NCBI GenBank assembly: GCA_040954595.2
Contig: CM082580.2
Span: 2,780,783 to 2,844,782 of the forward strand
DNA from: Balanoglossus misakiensis
Taxonomy: Eukaryota; Animalia; Hemichordata
Length of the DNA: 64,000 bases
Direction: 5' to 3'
Shown: positions 37,255-50,650 of the stretch, piece after piece
Layout of the letters: each line of letters begins with the position of its first letter
Numbering within the stretch: position 1 is the first letter of the stretch
Made by a program: the position numbers and the translations under genes
Notes under the pieces: generated by a model
What the model was told of the DNA's origin: nothing
Seen by the model: the letters and a program-made list of their open reading frames with translations, nothing else
Databases searched by the model: none

Positions 37255-40200
37255 ATGAGTCGGCAACCTACAAATGGGAAGTCTACCAGGGGGCCAACTC
37301 CAACTGGAGCAGCCACACCAGCATCAAATCAAGATTTAGCAAGTTTATTTGAATGTCCGGTCTGCTTTGATTATGTACTTCCACCGATATTACAATGTCA
37401 AGCTGGGCATTTGGTATGTTCAACATGTCGACCTAAACTTACCTGCTGCCCGACATGCAGAGGCCCACTTGGTAAGTACCAGTATATCATTCGAGGTACA
37501 CTATTTTTGGCAGGATGGCAACTGACCGACAATAATCTTGATTAAGCTTTAGTTATTTCAAAACATATGCAAAGATAAATGACCCTTCTCCAGCCAGGCA
37601 TGTGATGCACCGTCTTGCAAAGTTTACTGTGTATGAGGGGAATTTCATATTTCCATAAAATACCGGTGTTGCAAAAACAGGTACTTGTACATTGTAGCTG
37701 TGTGTATCATGTCAACTGACAGATTTTCTTCTTAAATGTTCAGCATTTTCTCAACTTCTTGTATGAGTTTCCGTTTCAGAATATTGCTATTTCGTCTTTG
37801 ACATTTGTTTCTGTGTTTAAAACTTCTGGTCACTTAGTGTCAATACTTCTGTTTTCTATTTGATATACATTGATATATTCTTGGTGAACATTTAAATAAT
37901 AACACATGTTAGCGAGGGCAATATCATGATCTTTAGCCTGCATGAGGGATGGTGATCTCTGACCACGTCACACTATTCAAAAGACAACTCATGCACTGAG
38001 AAAAACCTCCGTTTCACACAAAACCACAGGTTGAAAACCAAGTCCCGGGTAGTTCTAGAACTACCTCCGGGGGTTCTAGAACTACCGCAGGACTCAGTCT
38101 CACCTGTCGTAACAAAAATACAAATACACAATGCTTTATTTGCATAATTACATTTACTTCTATACCTGTATTCAAAGTACATTTGTTCATTTTGATAGAG
38201 TAATTGTTAAATTATTTGAGAACGAACTGGATTTGCGACAGTCTCCCGATCATTTCATCCGATGCCTCACAGTCACAGCTTTGTCTACTGACGTACAAAA
38301 GTAATGTCTTGGTGCCTCTCGAGATTCTTCATGACATGATAAAGTATAAAATGGACATATGGTCAAATTCACCAGAAACAAACTAACGTAGCAATAAATT
38401 CACTACAAATTTCTGATATGTCTACAAAACGCTTCGGTTTGATTATGCTTGACTACAACAAGGTTGGCTGTTTTACTATTTAACAAAACTTGCATACCTT
38501 GCAAAATTCTGTTTACTTCTTGTTGCTGTTTATCAGATGTGCGTTTGTAATGTCGGACAGCTTCACTTCGGCATCAAGTCTTTTCGTAGATGAGTTACTC
38601 ACCAATATCGGCATCATATGCAGGCGAGTTACTGATGTGGCTCGTGGAGAGTGGTTCATTCAAAAGCCAGGGAGGCCAGCACTCAATACACAGACGGGCA
38701 GTAGTACCATGAAGAACATTGTGACCCAGTGTTTGCTATACCAATGTGTAGCCGCTAGTTTTCGAAGAGGATATAGATAGTAACTATCTTCAGATCGATT
38801 TCATGGAGATTTGAGGGAAAATAACTACAAAAGTGACACTCAGGCCTACTGCATTAGGCCTAGACAATTTTCGCGTAAGCTTCCCATGTACACGCATGAC
38901 ATCAATAGCTGTAACCCTTCCCCACATACACTACATAACACACCTGTAAAGTTTAATTTTATGCAAATTGAAGTTTGAAATTAGCATATCATTGGGACAC
39001 GTAAGCATGAATATTTAGAGTAACACCTGTCATCAAGTGTGGGCAATCTTGTAAAGCCCAGCAGGGCCGTCTAGAACTCATGACATGATTCATTTAGGAA
39101 GAGGGGTGGCCAACCAAATTTCACAGTCAGCAATGAAGAATAAGCCTGCTTTGATAATATTTTGTTCATTGATTTTACTAAATCGTTGTGTAAAACGACA
39201 TCTTAATGGTACGTAAAGCTCCAATGGTGACAAAGTCTGTTGGGGATCGTGGTTTAATTTAGAGAATCACCTCCCCCTCGATGGTTCTTGGTTTCCAATT
39301 CGAAACCAAGAACCATGCGGGGTCAGTGGTTCTCTATTACATATTGTTACACCTCATGTATTTGCACGTGGCATAGAGAAAGAAGTGATACAACATGGCA
39401 AGATGTAAATGCCCTGTTGATATTGCCCGCTGGGTTGTTTTGGTGTTCTGCGCGCGACTTCTGCGCGTGCCACACTGTCGTTCAATGCCTTCCTTCACGA
39501 TCAGTCAACTCCCGCATCTATGGCTTCAAAGCGACACATAGGCTTAACACCTGTTCAACTGGACGATATTTTACTGCAAACGGGCAGTAAACACACCAAA
39601 ATCGCAACCAACTGCGCAGTATCCTCAAAGCATATGCTGTTTGTTATCAAACGTTTACAAATTTCTGTACATGTACCAACAATCCACAAATTGAATGCAT
39701 GTTTTATTTTTGACTTCTTTTTTTGTGTGCAGGTAGCATAAGGAATCTGGCCATGGAAAAAGTTGCGCAGACAGTAATGTTTCCCTGTAAATATCAGTCC
39801 TCAGGCTGTCCAGTGACATTACCGCACACAGAAAAAGCAGACCATGAAGAAGCTTGTGAATATCGTCCATATTCTTGTCCATGTCCTGGCACATCATGCA
39901 AGTGGCAGGGTTCTTTAGATGCTGTCATGCCGCACCTAATGCATGCACACAAGAGTATAACAACATTACAAGGTGCAGTATGCCTTTCAATTTCGACTTT
40001 CAGTCTTGTAGACATAGACATACAGTGTTTTTGTTAAGGGTGGTACCTAGGTAAAATCTACCGGAGTTCCCCAGTCATTTTACCGTGGCTCCCCAAGGTG
40101 TATCAATATAGTTATATTACGTGTAAAGGGTTATAGGAATGCTACCGGGGTCCCAAATCCATTACCAATGTTCCCTAACCTTAGCAAAAACACTCATAGT

Positions 40201-42039
40201 CTAAGGAGTGTGTGACAGATTCAGGGCTCGGTCCAATCTGATTAAAATCAGATGTAGGGTTGGCTCGATCTTTACCCTTGCTGAGCCCTGGCTATTCTGT
40301 TCGGATGGACACCACACTACATCTGAACCTATGCCACAGGAAATCTTGTTAAAATATCACGCTTTCTCATATATATTCATATATGACCAATAGCAGGGGG
40401 TGGGGGTGACTATGTCATCGACAATGACTTGTTACATATCCTAATATCATAGTTCTTTACTGACTACGGATGATGCTTTATGTAGATTTCACTGCAATTT
40501 TCTTATCAAAAAACAAGTGGAAAATCAACTTTAATATTTATAATAACATTCTCCAGCAGTTATCTTGTTTATACAATGTATATGCAAAGTATCACAGCAG
40601 AGCTCTGTCACCCAGGTCACTTGTTATTTTCTTCATTTTTCATCACAAAGCTCTAATTTTATGGATATTTCTACCATTTTGCTGTTGCAGGGGAAGATAT
40701 AGTATTCCTTGCTACAGATATCAATTTACCAGGGGCTGTGGACTGGGTGATGATGCAGTCATGTTTTGGCCATAACTTCATGCTTGTGTTGGAAAAACAA
40801 GAAAAATATGATGGACATCAACAGTTCTTTGCAATAGTGCAGCTGATTGGCTCAAGAAAGCAGGCTGAAAATTTTGCATATAGGTGAGATGAAAAAGAGA
40901 AACCCCTGGAAAGAAACAATTGTAGTCAAAAAGTTCCAGCACATCTGTTTATATTTTTTGTTAGATGATAAGTCAGGCCTTAATGCAACAATCACGGAAC
41001 TAGAATTTATAAAATTTCCCATGAAATTTATTTGTCATTGTATAAAACTGGTTTATGCGGAGCTGTTCAACTTTGAGCCAGTTGCTTTGAAATTTGGTAT
41101 GCAGATTCCTAGGGGTGACGTACGTAAAGTTTGTTCAAAATGCACAGTCTTCAAAAAATCATAATCAAAAATGCATGTCTAATTTTTTTAACATTGGTGT
41201 GAAGGTCCCTGGGATGATCTTAAAGTCAAATTTGTTAACATTGTGATGAATTTTGCATTACTAAAGCGCTGGTCAATTTAGCGTGGAGTTTCACTGTTTG
41301 GCAGAGATAGATAATTTGATTATAGTGTACAAGTTTTTTGCATGGCACACACAACGTCTCGATTGCCGCGCGTTCTCTTATCAGGCAAAATCTAAAACAA
41401 TGTAGCAGAACTTGAAGCAGCTGTAATCATTGCTGATTCAGCATATGATTGGCTTAGCAGTTTCACAGTCTCAGTCAACACATTGTCCGCTCACATAGGT
41501 CTTTGGCTCGACCACAGTCTCCCAGCAGCGGAGAGCAAGACCTTCGCGGGCGAAGATGCAATCAACAACGCAGGATTAGGCTTGACCATTTTACCATCAC
41601 AGGGTTTCATCAAAAATATTACATGCATAAACGTCGAATTGAACAGACAAATTTGAGGAAGTGTTTATCGTCATTTCTACTTTCCTTTGGATGTGTATCA
41701 TTCGAAAGGATGGAAAACACACAGGGAATAACTGCGTCCCCGGAGGCAATCTGAAGTGATCTTCGGCAATTGGTAGCTATTCGTGTCTTCGCCAGCTTTT
41801 GTCTTTTTGTTGTGCCCTCCTATTCCTGCAGTAATACATGATTTTTTTTTTTCTTTGCCAGATTGGAACTGAATGGTCACAGACGGAGACTGTCGTGGGA
41901 AGCGACCCCACGCTCTATCCATGAAGGTGTTCAAGCTGCCATTATGAACAGTGACTGCCTTGTCTTTGATACCAGCATAGCTCAATTATTCGCCGAAAAT
42001 GGCAACCTGGGCATTAATGTCACCATTTCTATGGTGTAA
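37255..42039 (+). CDS. SIAH1: E3 ubiquitin ligase SIAH / seven in absentia, 4 coding exons, about 275 aa
   Basis: Exons 37255-37471 (in-frame upstream ATG at 37246), 39733-39972, 40691-40883, 41862-42039 (828 nt). [39 protein letters not shown], zinc fingers, [56 protein letters not shown]. Probable non-coding exon ending at 35152. Confidence 0.95.
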
Positions 42040-42917
42040 AACATTGCCAACGTTTTTCTCAAGAACAGTCGTTGTCTACAATGGAAGACATTTAAAGAAG
42101 CGTATTTGCATGGCTTGTAAAATATTTTGTTTTAAACATATTTTACATAGAGGCACACTGACTTGAGGATTGATTCCTTACTTTACATTTCACACAAAGG
42201 CCAAGGAGTCTTACAATAATTAAAAGTTTAAAATAATTTTGAACTTTCTGTGGTCATGTCATCAACTATAAAAGATTGATAACATTATTCTTGCTCATTC
42301 TACACAATCGTTTCCACAAAAATTATGTGGAGAAACATGATTAACCTATTTGAAAGTTGAAGTTTTTATTTTCAAAACTACAGGTAAAGTTTAGTGTCAT
42401 TTTTCATTTATAACAGTAGCAAACAGACATAAATATCAATGGCCTAGCCACACTCCTCATTTTATTGTTAGAAATTTGTACTGTAATATATGGATCTTCA
42501 CATAAAGGCTTATAAAATTGTGATTCAAAAGCAGGAAGTAATATTATTGACTCACTTCACATGATTGTTGAATAAAAAAAGTGGTACATGTATCTAGTCT
42601 CTTGTTGAAGAGTTTTATTTTTAAAAAGTGGGACAATTCTTTTGATACGTTTTCCCAGTTTTGCTTAGTCAAATATCACAAACACAGATTCTGGGATAAG
42701 ATGATTCTTGTTCAGACAGGCATTGAATCATTGTAAAAGAACAACTTATTATAGCAGTGTTGGGACAACGGCTAGTGGGCAGTAGTTACACTTTGAAAAT
42801 TGGAAATGGTCTTGCCATGTTGCATGCAATCGCAACTGTTTGAAATCATCACGTATATATGATATGTCTGGGGAGCTCATAGGCTCGGTCAGCATCTGTC
42901 TTCAGTATGGGATGCGT

Positions 42918-43075
42918 TAGACTCTCTCACAGCCCCTCTCGCTGTCCATGCAGGCTTATGGACTGATTGCATGTGTGCTCGGCGCCACACAACACCATAT
43001 GGGGCTTCACATTTGCTTGTTGAGGGCGCGTCTATGAAGACCTTTGTAGCGAACCGTGGGCTGTGAGAGAGTCTA
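42918..43075. mobile_element. TAG..CTA MITE, 9-bp TSD with one mismatch; second copy at 54898-55059
   Basis: GGGATGCGT|TAGACTCTCTCACAGCCC ... GGGCTGTGAGAGAGTCTA|GGGAGGCGT. Confidence 0.85.
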
Positions 43076-43363
43076 GGGAGGCGTGTGTGAATGCATGCAT
43101 GTCTGTCCACCTTGAAAACTTAGAAAACTGATACACTATTTCATCTGATAGAAATCTGACTCAATTATGTGACATTCATCAGTTATTTTCATTAATACCT
43201 GCAATTTGATGAAATTTGCTCAGTTTAATATGTATTTAGAGACAGTTAAACAGATGATACAATCCTAATGTATAAAGGGTCTATGGTCCTACTCAATGTG
43301 ACTTTGCACCCATGTTATTTAAATTATTTGCAACAGCAGGACTCCTCTGGGGATCAATCCTAA

Positions 43364-44411
43364 GGGACCGTTCAGTTTTTACGGCAGGGGGGGGGGCGGC
43401 AAGTTTGTGTCACCGGTTTTCAAAATCAGGCCGACCCTCCCCCCCCCCCTTCGTCCAGGACCAAAAAATGATGACCCCCCCCCCCTTTGACAGACCCAAA
43501 AATATGATGACCCCCCCCCCCCCCTGCCGAAAACATTCGCCGTCCTGATCCTATGTAGACTGTATGCAATATAGGGAATGGGGCTCCTCACATCTCAATT
43601 ATAAATTTCTTAAAGTAACTGAAGTATATAATAGTATATCGTTGCAGCATAAGAAAATTTTGTAAAATATGTAGCGCAAAGTTGCATTTTAAATGAACTC
43701 CAAAGCAAATTAACTCAATGTTAGAGAGGACAAATTTTAATTTTGCCACTCCACTCAAAGTAGGCATCGGGGTGGGGTGGCAAGAAGTCTGCCCCGATAC
43801 ACGAGACAAACCAGCGAATAAATGCATGAAGGGGGTGGGTGTGAAGAAAATTTTGTAAAATATGTAGCGCAAAGTTGCATTTTAATGAACTCAAAAGCAA
43901 ATTATCTCAACGTTTGGGAGGACCAATTTTACTTTTTGCCACTCCACTCAAAGTAAGAAGATTTGGTGTCATCCACGTCATGACATGATTTATAAAACTT
44001 CTAGTATATAGAAGATGTAGCGCGAAACTATCAGTTATGCGAAATGGTTTAAACGATTATTCTCCCTTATGTATTTACTTTGTTAAATATTATCATCGGT
44101 GGGGTTGGGGTGGCAAGCACTCTGCCCTGGTACACTAGACATACAGCCAAAAATGAAATGTGGTGGAGAATGAAGGGGGTGGTGTCCCCCTCCCACATTA
44201 GAAAATTTTGCAAAATAAAGGGTGCGAAACTGCAATTTCGTGGACTCAAAAGCAAAAGTTCGGTGGCAAAAGTATGTGACCCCCCCCCCCCTAAACGTTT
44301 AAAAAAAACAGATGACCCCCCCCCCCTCTTTAGGACTTCAAAATTTAAGTGACCCCCCCCCTCTGGATTTTGCCGCCCCCCCCCCCCCGGCCGTAAAAAC
44401 TGAACGGTCCC
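43364..44411. mobile_element. PIF/Harbinger-like non-autonomous element, TAA TSD
   Basis: TAA|GGGACCGTTCAGTTTTTACGGC ... GCCGTAAAAACTGAACGGTCCC|TAA; internal about 190-bp tandem repeats and poly-C tracts. Confidence 0.85.
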
Positions 44412-44663
44412 TAATTCCACCCACTGCTCTCCCTGATATGAATAAAGGTACGAAGACAACTTTCTGGTGGTAACAATGGAAGTAAAGACTCCGCCAATAC
44501 TAGCAATACAATAAAGGTAATTTGAAAAGCAAATAACTCGCATAAAAGTATGGGCGTGGTGGGTGGGTGGTTGAAGATCAAGACCAGTGCACCAGAACGA
44601 CCTAACACGTACGGTTATAGGAGAGGAGCGAGTCACTTGTGCAGTGGTCGCTATAGAGTGAAG

Positions 44664-44681
44664 TGGCCGCTAGGGGGCGCC
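44664..44681 (+). promoter_or_regulatory. Candidate CTCF site
   Basis: TGGCCGCTAGGGGGCGCC closely fits the CTCF core consensus. Confidence 0.5.
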
Positions 44682-46991
44682 GGGGCTAACCTTCGCAGGG
44701 GTCCAATTAACTAAAATGACACATTTTATAGCAGATGATCGATGTCATAACCTGTGATATTTGTCTGTGTGTGTTTGGGCAAGTGGATTTCCTCACTCAG
44801 GAGTTGCAAAAATTGGTTAAAAGTAAAATCATCAGGTAAATAAAAATTATACACTACTACATATCTTTTAAAGGTCAATTTCAAATCAAATCAAAATAAA
44901 CATCGATTTGTCACTCGATTTGTTGAAACAGACTGCAAGTCCTGGTCGGTCGCATCAACAGGTAACGTATGTCTGGGATTTCTTTTATCTTGATTTTTTT
45001 TCGTAGCAAAATCTTAAAGTCGATAGACTAGGGTGAATTCACTGCTTCGGAAGTTTACGAGTCATAAAATCGAGCTAGATTTTTTAAAAGTCTCATCTCA
45101 AAGCGCTAACACAAAAACATCGAGAAAACTGGTTTTGGAAGGTATTAATTTAAATTGCTTGTCACGTGATGGTTGTGGAAAAAATGGTCACACTTAAGCA
45201 ACCAAGATTTTCCCCTATATCTAAGTTTGCAGAAAATAAATAGTTTCAGGGGAATTTGAGCTCGATAATTAACATAGAAATGTTTATTTCAAAGAGTGGA
45301 TTTTTAGGTCTAAATGCTTATCCAGTGTGTCGCTTGCCAGCTCAAAGCACAATACAACTGATTAGAAATTTATGAAAATCATGTGTCTTCATTTTCTTCA
45401 AACTTATGTTCGTATCGTTTCAAAAAAGTTACATATTTACAGTTCCACAAAATATTTCGGGTTCTGACCCGCCTTCATTTGCTTTAGGCTTGTAAGAACT
45501 GTCCCTTTTTACATCTTTCGCCTCGGGACTGGGATAAAGTGTCACGCTTCAAAACGTCATGATAAAATACTGGCAAATTAGACACGAAAGGCTTAGCTGA
45601 TAGTACATTGTTTGACAGCTAATCTCCAAGAATCGGCGAACTTAAAGAAGGCTGAAGTAAAATCCACAATTGAAAAATCGGCATAGCCACCTTTATCTAA
45701 CGGACCAGGCAAAATATTTCTTTTCATTTTTCCAAGACCTTTTGTGATAAATATGTAAATTAATTTGTCGTTGTTTAATGACCTGGTCTGGTACAACAGT
45801 CATTATTGATGCTACATATGTTAGTTGAGATAAAATGTGTTTACAAACAAAATTTAACTATAAAAAGTTAAGTTTCTCGATCTCTTACACCATGAATTCA
45901 AAGTATTTTACACTTTTTGCCACTTTTGAACCCCAGTTCAAATGCTAACACTTTGTTCGAACATATCCAAACCATATTCCTTATGTTCTCTGGTTGATCT
46001 GTTTTGTACGTGATCTGTTTCGCCTAGCCAGACACTTTCGGTTTTTTTTCATCATTTTCAAACCGTTCTTTTTTCTAATATCTCAGCAGGAGTTTTCATA
46101 ATCGACTTTTCATCCTTTACAAACAGAGGTTTGTCGTCAGATAACTGTGCTCTTCTAACATTTTTATTTAAATCAACGCATGGCAGAATTTAATACCCAC
46201 CCTTTATGTTGACTCAGGACATTGACGTACATGTATTTTACAATCTAATACTTCCACACACAATAACAAAAATTAAAGCACTTCGAGTCTTAAAGGCCTT
46301 GCTCAACAGTGAGTCAAATCTTTTGTTTCGTGATAACACAAGAGCTTTCTTGTTTGCCTTCATTGTTCTGCCCTGGGATCGAGAAAACGGCCTTTAATTG
46401 TCGTTCACTAGGGACAAATACTAGTAGGATCCCAGCATTTTTTTTTACAAATTGTCTTGGAATTCAATTTCTGGCCCCTTGTTAAATTCTATGAATTGTG
46501 CCTTTTCTAAAATATCGCCTTTCTGTTTCACAACGAAGAGGAGGTATGCTCTTTCTTACTTCAGTTTTGGAGGTGTCTTGATTAATATTGGGTCAAACGT
46601 TTGTATTCTAATCCTACTTTATGCGTAATCAATAACGGTTGGACTTCAGATGTTTTTGCAGTTGAAAGAGGTGTTCGTCAATGCTGGCCTTTGTCCCTGA
46701 TTTATTTATCATTTGCACATAATTATTTGCTGCGAAAATAAGTTCAAATTCTGCCATTTGAGGTACTGTAATTTGCCACCGTGAGCACCTCACAGTATGC
46801 CGTGGATACGATTTTGTACATGGACTGCTTCGAACATTCACTAAATGAAGCGTTTGTACCTTAGTTTGGTTTGGACGTTAATTTTGAGTCAAAAGTCAAA
46901 GGTTTACAAAATTAGCGCATTAAGCTCACAGCTTGTTACTTTTAAAACGAGGCTTCCGATTGCTTGGCCATATGGCCCAATTGAGTGCCTA

Positions 46992-47652
46992 GGGACTGGT
47001 CAGCTTCTTCAGCCTGGGGGGGGGGGGTGACCCCCCTCATTGAAAATTGAAAAGTGGGTGACGCCACCTCATCCCCATGCCAACTGACAAAAACTTAGCG
47101 AACGAATAACAGTGACATTTGCATATATGTATAAATTAAAATAAGACATGAATAAACAAAAAATACAAGTCACTACATTGTAAATCAAGTGAAGTGAAAG
47201 GGGTGGACAGCCCCCTCCCACGTTAGCAAATTAAAAACGCAGAGCTAAACGCCGCATTTTAAAAGCAAAATAACTCAATATCGGTAGGGGAGGCAAGTAC
47301 CCCCCCCCCCCCCTTTGTACTGCCTGGTACACTAGACAAACCAGTCAATACATGAAAGGTGTAGAAATATGAAGGAGGTGGGTTTGGGAGGGGGTTTCCC
47401 CTTCCCAAGTTAGAAAATATTATAAAATACAGCGCTCAAAGCTACATTTTAATGAACTCAAAAGCAAATTACGTTAGAAAATTGTGTAATATAAAGAGCT
47501 CGAAACTGCATTTTTTGGGACTCAAAAGCAATTTTTAGTCCCTCATTCAGCATTTCCAAAACAAGGCGACCCTCCCATCACCAAATTCCAAAACAGGGTG
47601 ACCCCCCCCCTCCCCCTCATCCACCCCCAGGCTGAAGAAACTGAGCAGTCCC
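46992..47652. mobile_element. Harbinger-like non-autonomous element related internally to 43364-44411
   Basis: GGGACTGGTCAGCTTCTTCAGCCTGGGG ... CCCCAGGCTGAAGAAACTGAGCAGTCCC; flanks CTA/TTA. Confidence 0.78.
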
Positions 47653-47739
47653 TTAGGTATTTTTATTCCCCTGAATGCGAAAAGGAAACATCTTTGCTCT
47701 GAATTATACACCGAAGATTCGGTCCATGAAAGCCCTGCT

Positions 47740-48000
47740 TGGTACATTATATGGTCTATGAGGAATCTTTCTCTCATTCTCAATGGGAAAATTGCCATTC
47801 TGAAGAATTTAGCTCTATCCAAACTTACAAATCTTGCTTCTGTTTTACAAAACCCGCCAGATGAAACTGTTTTCAAATTTATTTGGAACAGTAACGGAGA
47901 TAGAATAAAAAAGAATCATGGAAGATTAAATGTTCCAAACTACAGAGCGACATTTATGGCTATGAAGGTTCGGTTGGTCAAAAGGTTGATATGCTACTAG
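47740..48000 (+). mobile_element. L1/Tx1-clade LINE ORF2 fragment
   Basis: WSMRNLSL..GKIAILKNLALSKL..FKFIWN..DRIK..GRLNVPN..KVRLVKRL, typical of the region downstream of Tx1 RT. Confidence 0.7.
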
Positions 48001-48112
48001 TATTCATTTAAAACCCCTCAGAGACTTGTATTACGCAACTACAGGAACATGGTCAGTACGGTTAGAGAAGTTGAACATTTTATTACGTTGAAAAATGGAA
48101 CACTTGAGAAAT

Positions 48113-48422
48113 ACCATCCCCACTACCGCGCACACTACCCCCACCATCATCATCATCACCACCACCACCACCATCATCATACTCATCATCATCATCATCA
48201 TACTCATCATCATCATCATCATCATCATCATTATCGTCATCATCATTATCGTCATCGTCATCATCATTATCGTCATCGTCATCATCATCATTACCACCGT
48301 CGTCACCATCATCATCATCATCATCATCACCATCACCACCACCATCATCATCATCATCATCATCATCACCACCACCACCACCACTACTACTACCACCACC
48401 ACCACCACCACCATCATCATAC

Positions 48423-48464
<42 letters not shown>

Positions 48465-48522
48465 CCATCCATACCACCACCACCACCACAACCATCATCA
48501 TCATCATCATCATCATCATCCA
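48113..48522. repeat. Compound (CAT)n/(CAC)n trinucleotide microsatellite, about 400 bp
   Basis: Direct reading of the sequence. Confidence 0.97.
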
Positions 48523-49759
48523 CACAATTAATGGTATTGACAGCAAGGACAGTTTCATCGTCGGTATCTCCATCCCCTGCCTCTCTGTTCATTTTATTCA
48601 AGTACAAAGACCGAACCATTTATCAAGAAATGTTTGTTCACTGAATAATAAATGTATATTTTAATGTCTGGAGAGTATTCTATTGATTCACGGTATAAAT
48701 TGTTATTTAAATGAGAAAACCTCTGACAGAAGGATAGATAGATATGACACAAGATACTAGTTACAGAACAAACAAGGATTTAACCTAAGAGCAAAAATAT
48801 TCCCATACATATCCACAATTGATAAATTACAAACACTGTTACAGAAAGTTAAAGCCCATCATGGTGGTTGATGTTTGTACTGTTTACTAAAACCCATTGT
48901 TCTCCTCTACTATTTCAAACATATTGAAAAGAATGGTCCACGTCATATTTCCCTCTCCGGAAAATATCACATGGACAATTCAAGGTTCGGCTGTAAAATC
49001 AGCGCCTGTCCACGGAGTGGTACATCAAGTGGATGGATACTCGGCACAATGTACACATACGACAGATTTCGCGCAATTACACAACATCGTAGCTGTCACC
49101 CTTATAATGGCCACATTAAAATGTAAACGATTGTCCTCAAACTAAATAAAAACACTTAGAGGACTTAATTAACCAATTTTCTGGCGCATGTGTCCTGAGG
49201 ATCGTTGAACACGCTAGACTCCAGCTGTCAATCAATCATGCACCGGCTTGTCCAAAGTCCGGTGGAGGGGGCGACAGCCAAAGAATACTGGGCTACAGCA
49301 TATAATTTACAAGGTACAAATTAATGGAAATCTAGCAATTACATGACAGGGGCAATGGTCAAGGTTACATATCTCTAAAATGCCTCCTACATATGTTCAC
49401 ATCCAGCGAGTGTCATCAAGGCGAAGTCTTCATTCTCCGTTGGTGTTGAGTCTAAAAGCATATCCGACTGGACTGCACGTGGCTGCACGTAACAATTAAT
49501 TCAAGATCAGGATTGATTGGTAATTGCGCATCGATCATCGGGCAAGTCATTCACAAGGAAGAGTTTGCCGCATCATCCAGGTTTATTGCTGTTTATCTTA
49601 TTCAATGTGTAAAGGCGAACATATTTTAATATACATGTGGTTAAATATAAATCGTCGCCCATAGCAACCGAAATTAGTCCTATAGTTATTCCACGTGATC
49701 CGGACATCTGTACAAGGGGAAACTATCCGTGTATAGGTGGGAGTTTGGTGCTCGTTGGA

Positions 49760-50650
49760 TCAGTCTTTTTTGAGGTCTCTAGTGGGTTTCTTCATGTACG
49801 AATTCAAAAAGAACTGAAGGAAAAGGAACAGATAGCTGAAATACATTAGACTTCCCATGAAATTGTTCCACTTGGTAACTGAGCATTTGCCATCCTGCCG
49901 TAAAACCGTGAACACATACACTTGAATTAGACAGCCTCCGACCATCTGCGCAATTTGTAGTGAAGTTATGGTCACCGGGATAAACTTCGGGGTGCGGTAC
50001 CCAGCAGCACGGACTGCGTAGTAAGAGTACATGAGCGAGTGAACGATAAAGTTGAGCACCATGAACCAATAACCAGTTGCCGCTTGGTCGCTGTATGAGT
50101 AGCACACATACATCAGAACAGTTACGTGGTGATACCAGTGCAGGAAAATCAGTTTCCCTTTCCTGAGGACAATGAAGAGAGTGTCTCCGAACTCCACCAC
50201 TTTAGACAGGACAAATAAGACGGCCCACAAACCGGTGATTGTGTGTCGAGTGTATGCCACGTTATCACACACCGAAAAATGCAAACCATGTGCAGTTAGG
50301 TCTCTGTACATCGCCAAACAGGAACGATACGCGCCGAAAATACTGAACACGGCCAGGAAGATATTCCACATGATCAAGAGACCTCTCAATTCAAACCGTT
50401 TCCTGGACTTCATCATGTTCTGCACAGTGAAGATGGTCACCACGTAAAGTGCAGCGGCGATGATGGAAACCCACCAGTTTGTCTCCATCCACGCATGCCA
50501 TGCTTCATCGTTGAAGTTTTTCTCGATGTCGAGACGTACCTCACGAGTTGTCAGGTTTTCCAACAGCGAATCGGGTTTGGCGCCGACAGGTGGCAGTCGT
50601 CGAAGCGCTTCCAGGTCAGCCGAGTCGGTGAAGATGCTGTTCGCCTCCAT
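49760..50650 (-). CDS. ELOVL6: Very-long-chain fatty acid elongase, ELOVL3/6 type, single coding exon, 296 aa
   Basis: ELO motifs SKVVEFGDTLFIVLRK, FLHWYHH, NFIVHSLMYSYY, ITSLQIAQM, MYFSYLFLF; lysine-rich C-terminus. Confidence 0.9.
   Translation of the reverse strand: MEANSIFTDSADLEALRRLPPVGAKPDSLLENLTTREVRLDIEKNFNDEAWHAWMETNWWVSIIAAALYVVTIFTVQNMMKSRKRFELRGLLIMWNIFLAVFSIFGAYRSCLAMYRDLTAHGLHFSVCDNVAYTRHTITGLWAVLFVLSKVVEFGDTLFIVLRKGKLIFLHWYHHVTVLMYVCYSYSDQAATGYWFMVLNFIVHSLMYSYYAVRAAGYRTPKFIPVTITSLQIAQMVGGCLIQVYVFTVLRQDGKCSVTKWNNFMGSLMYFSYLFLFLQFFLNSYMKKPTRDLKKD

Noticed and set aside
38040-38090. Repeated GTTCTAGAACTACC as a CRISPR-like array or heat-shock element
   Set aside because: Only two units in a eukaryotic intron; more simply a local tandem duplication.
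45100-46850. Possible decayed LINE on the minus strand (KMKRNILPGPLDKGGY)
   Set aside because: Only one short motif is recognisable, not enough to call.
48031-48664. Poly-His, poly-Asp, poly-Met/Val and poly-Ile ORFs
   Set aside because: Artefacts of the (CAT/CAC)n microsatellite; open in four frames, with no gene context.
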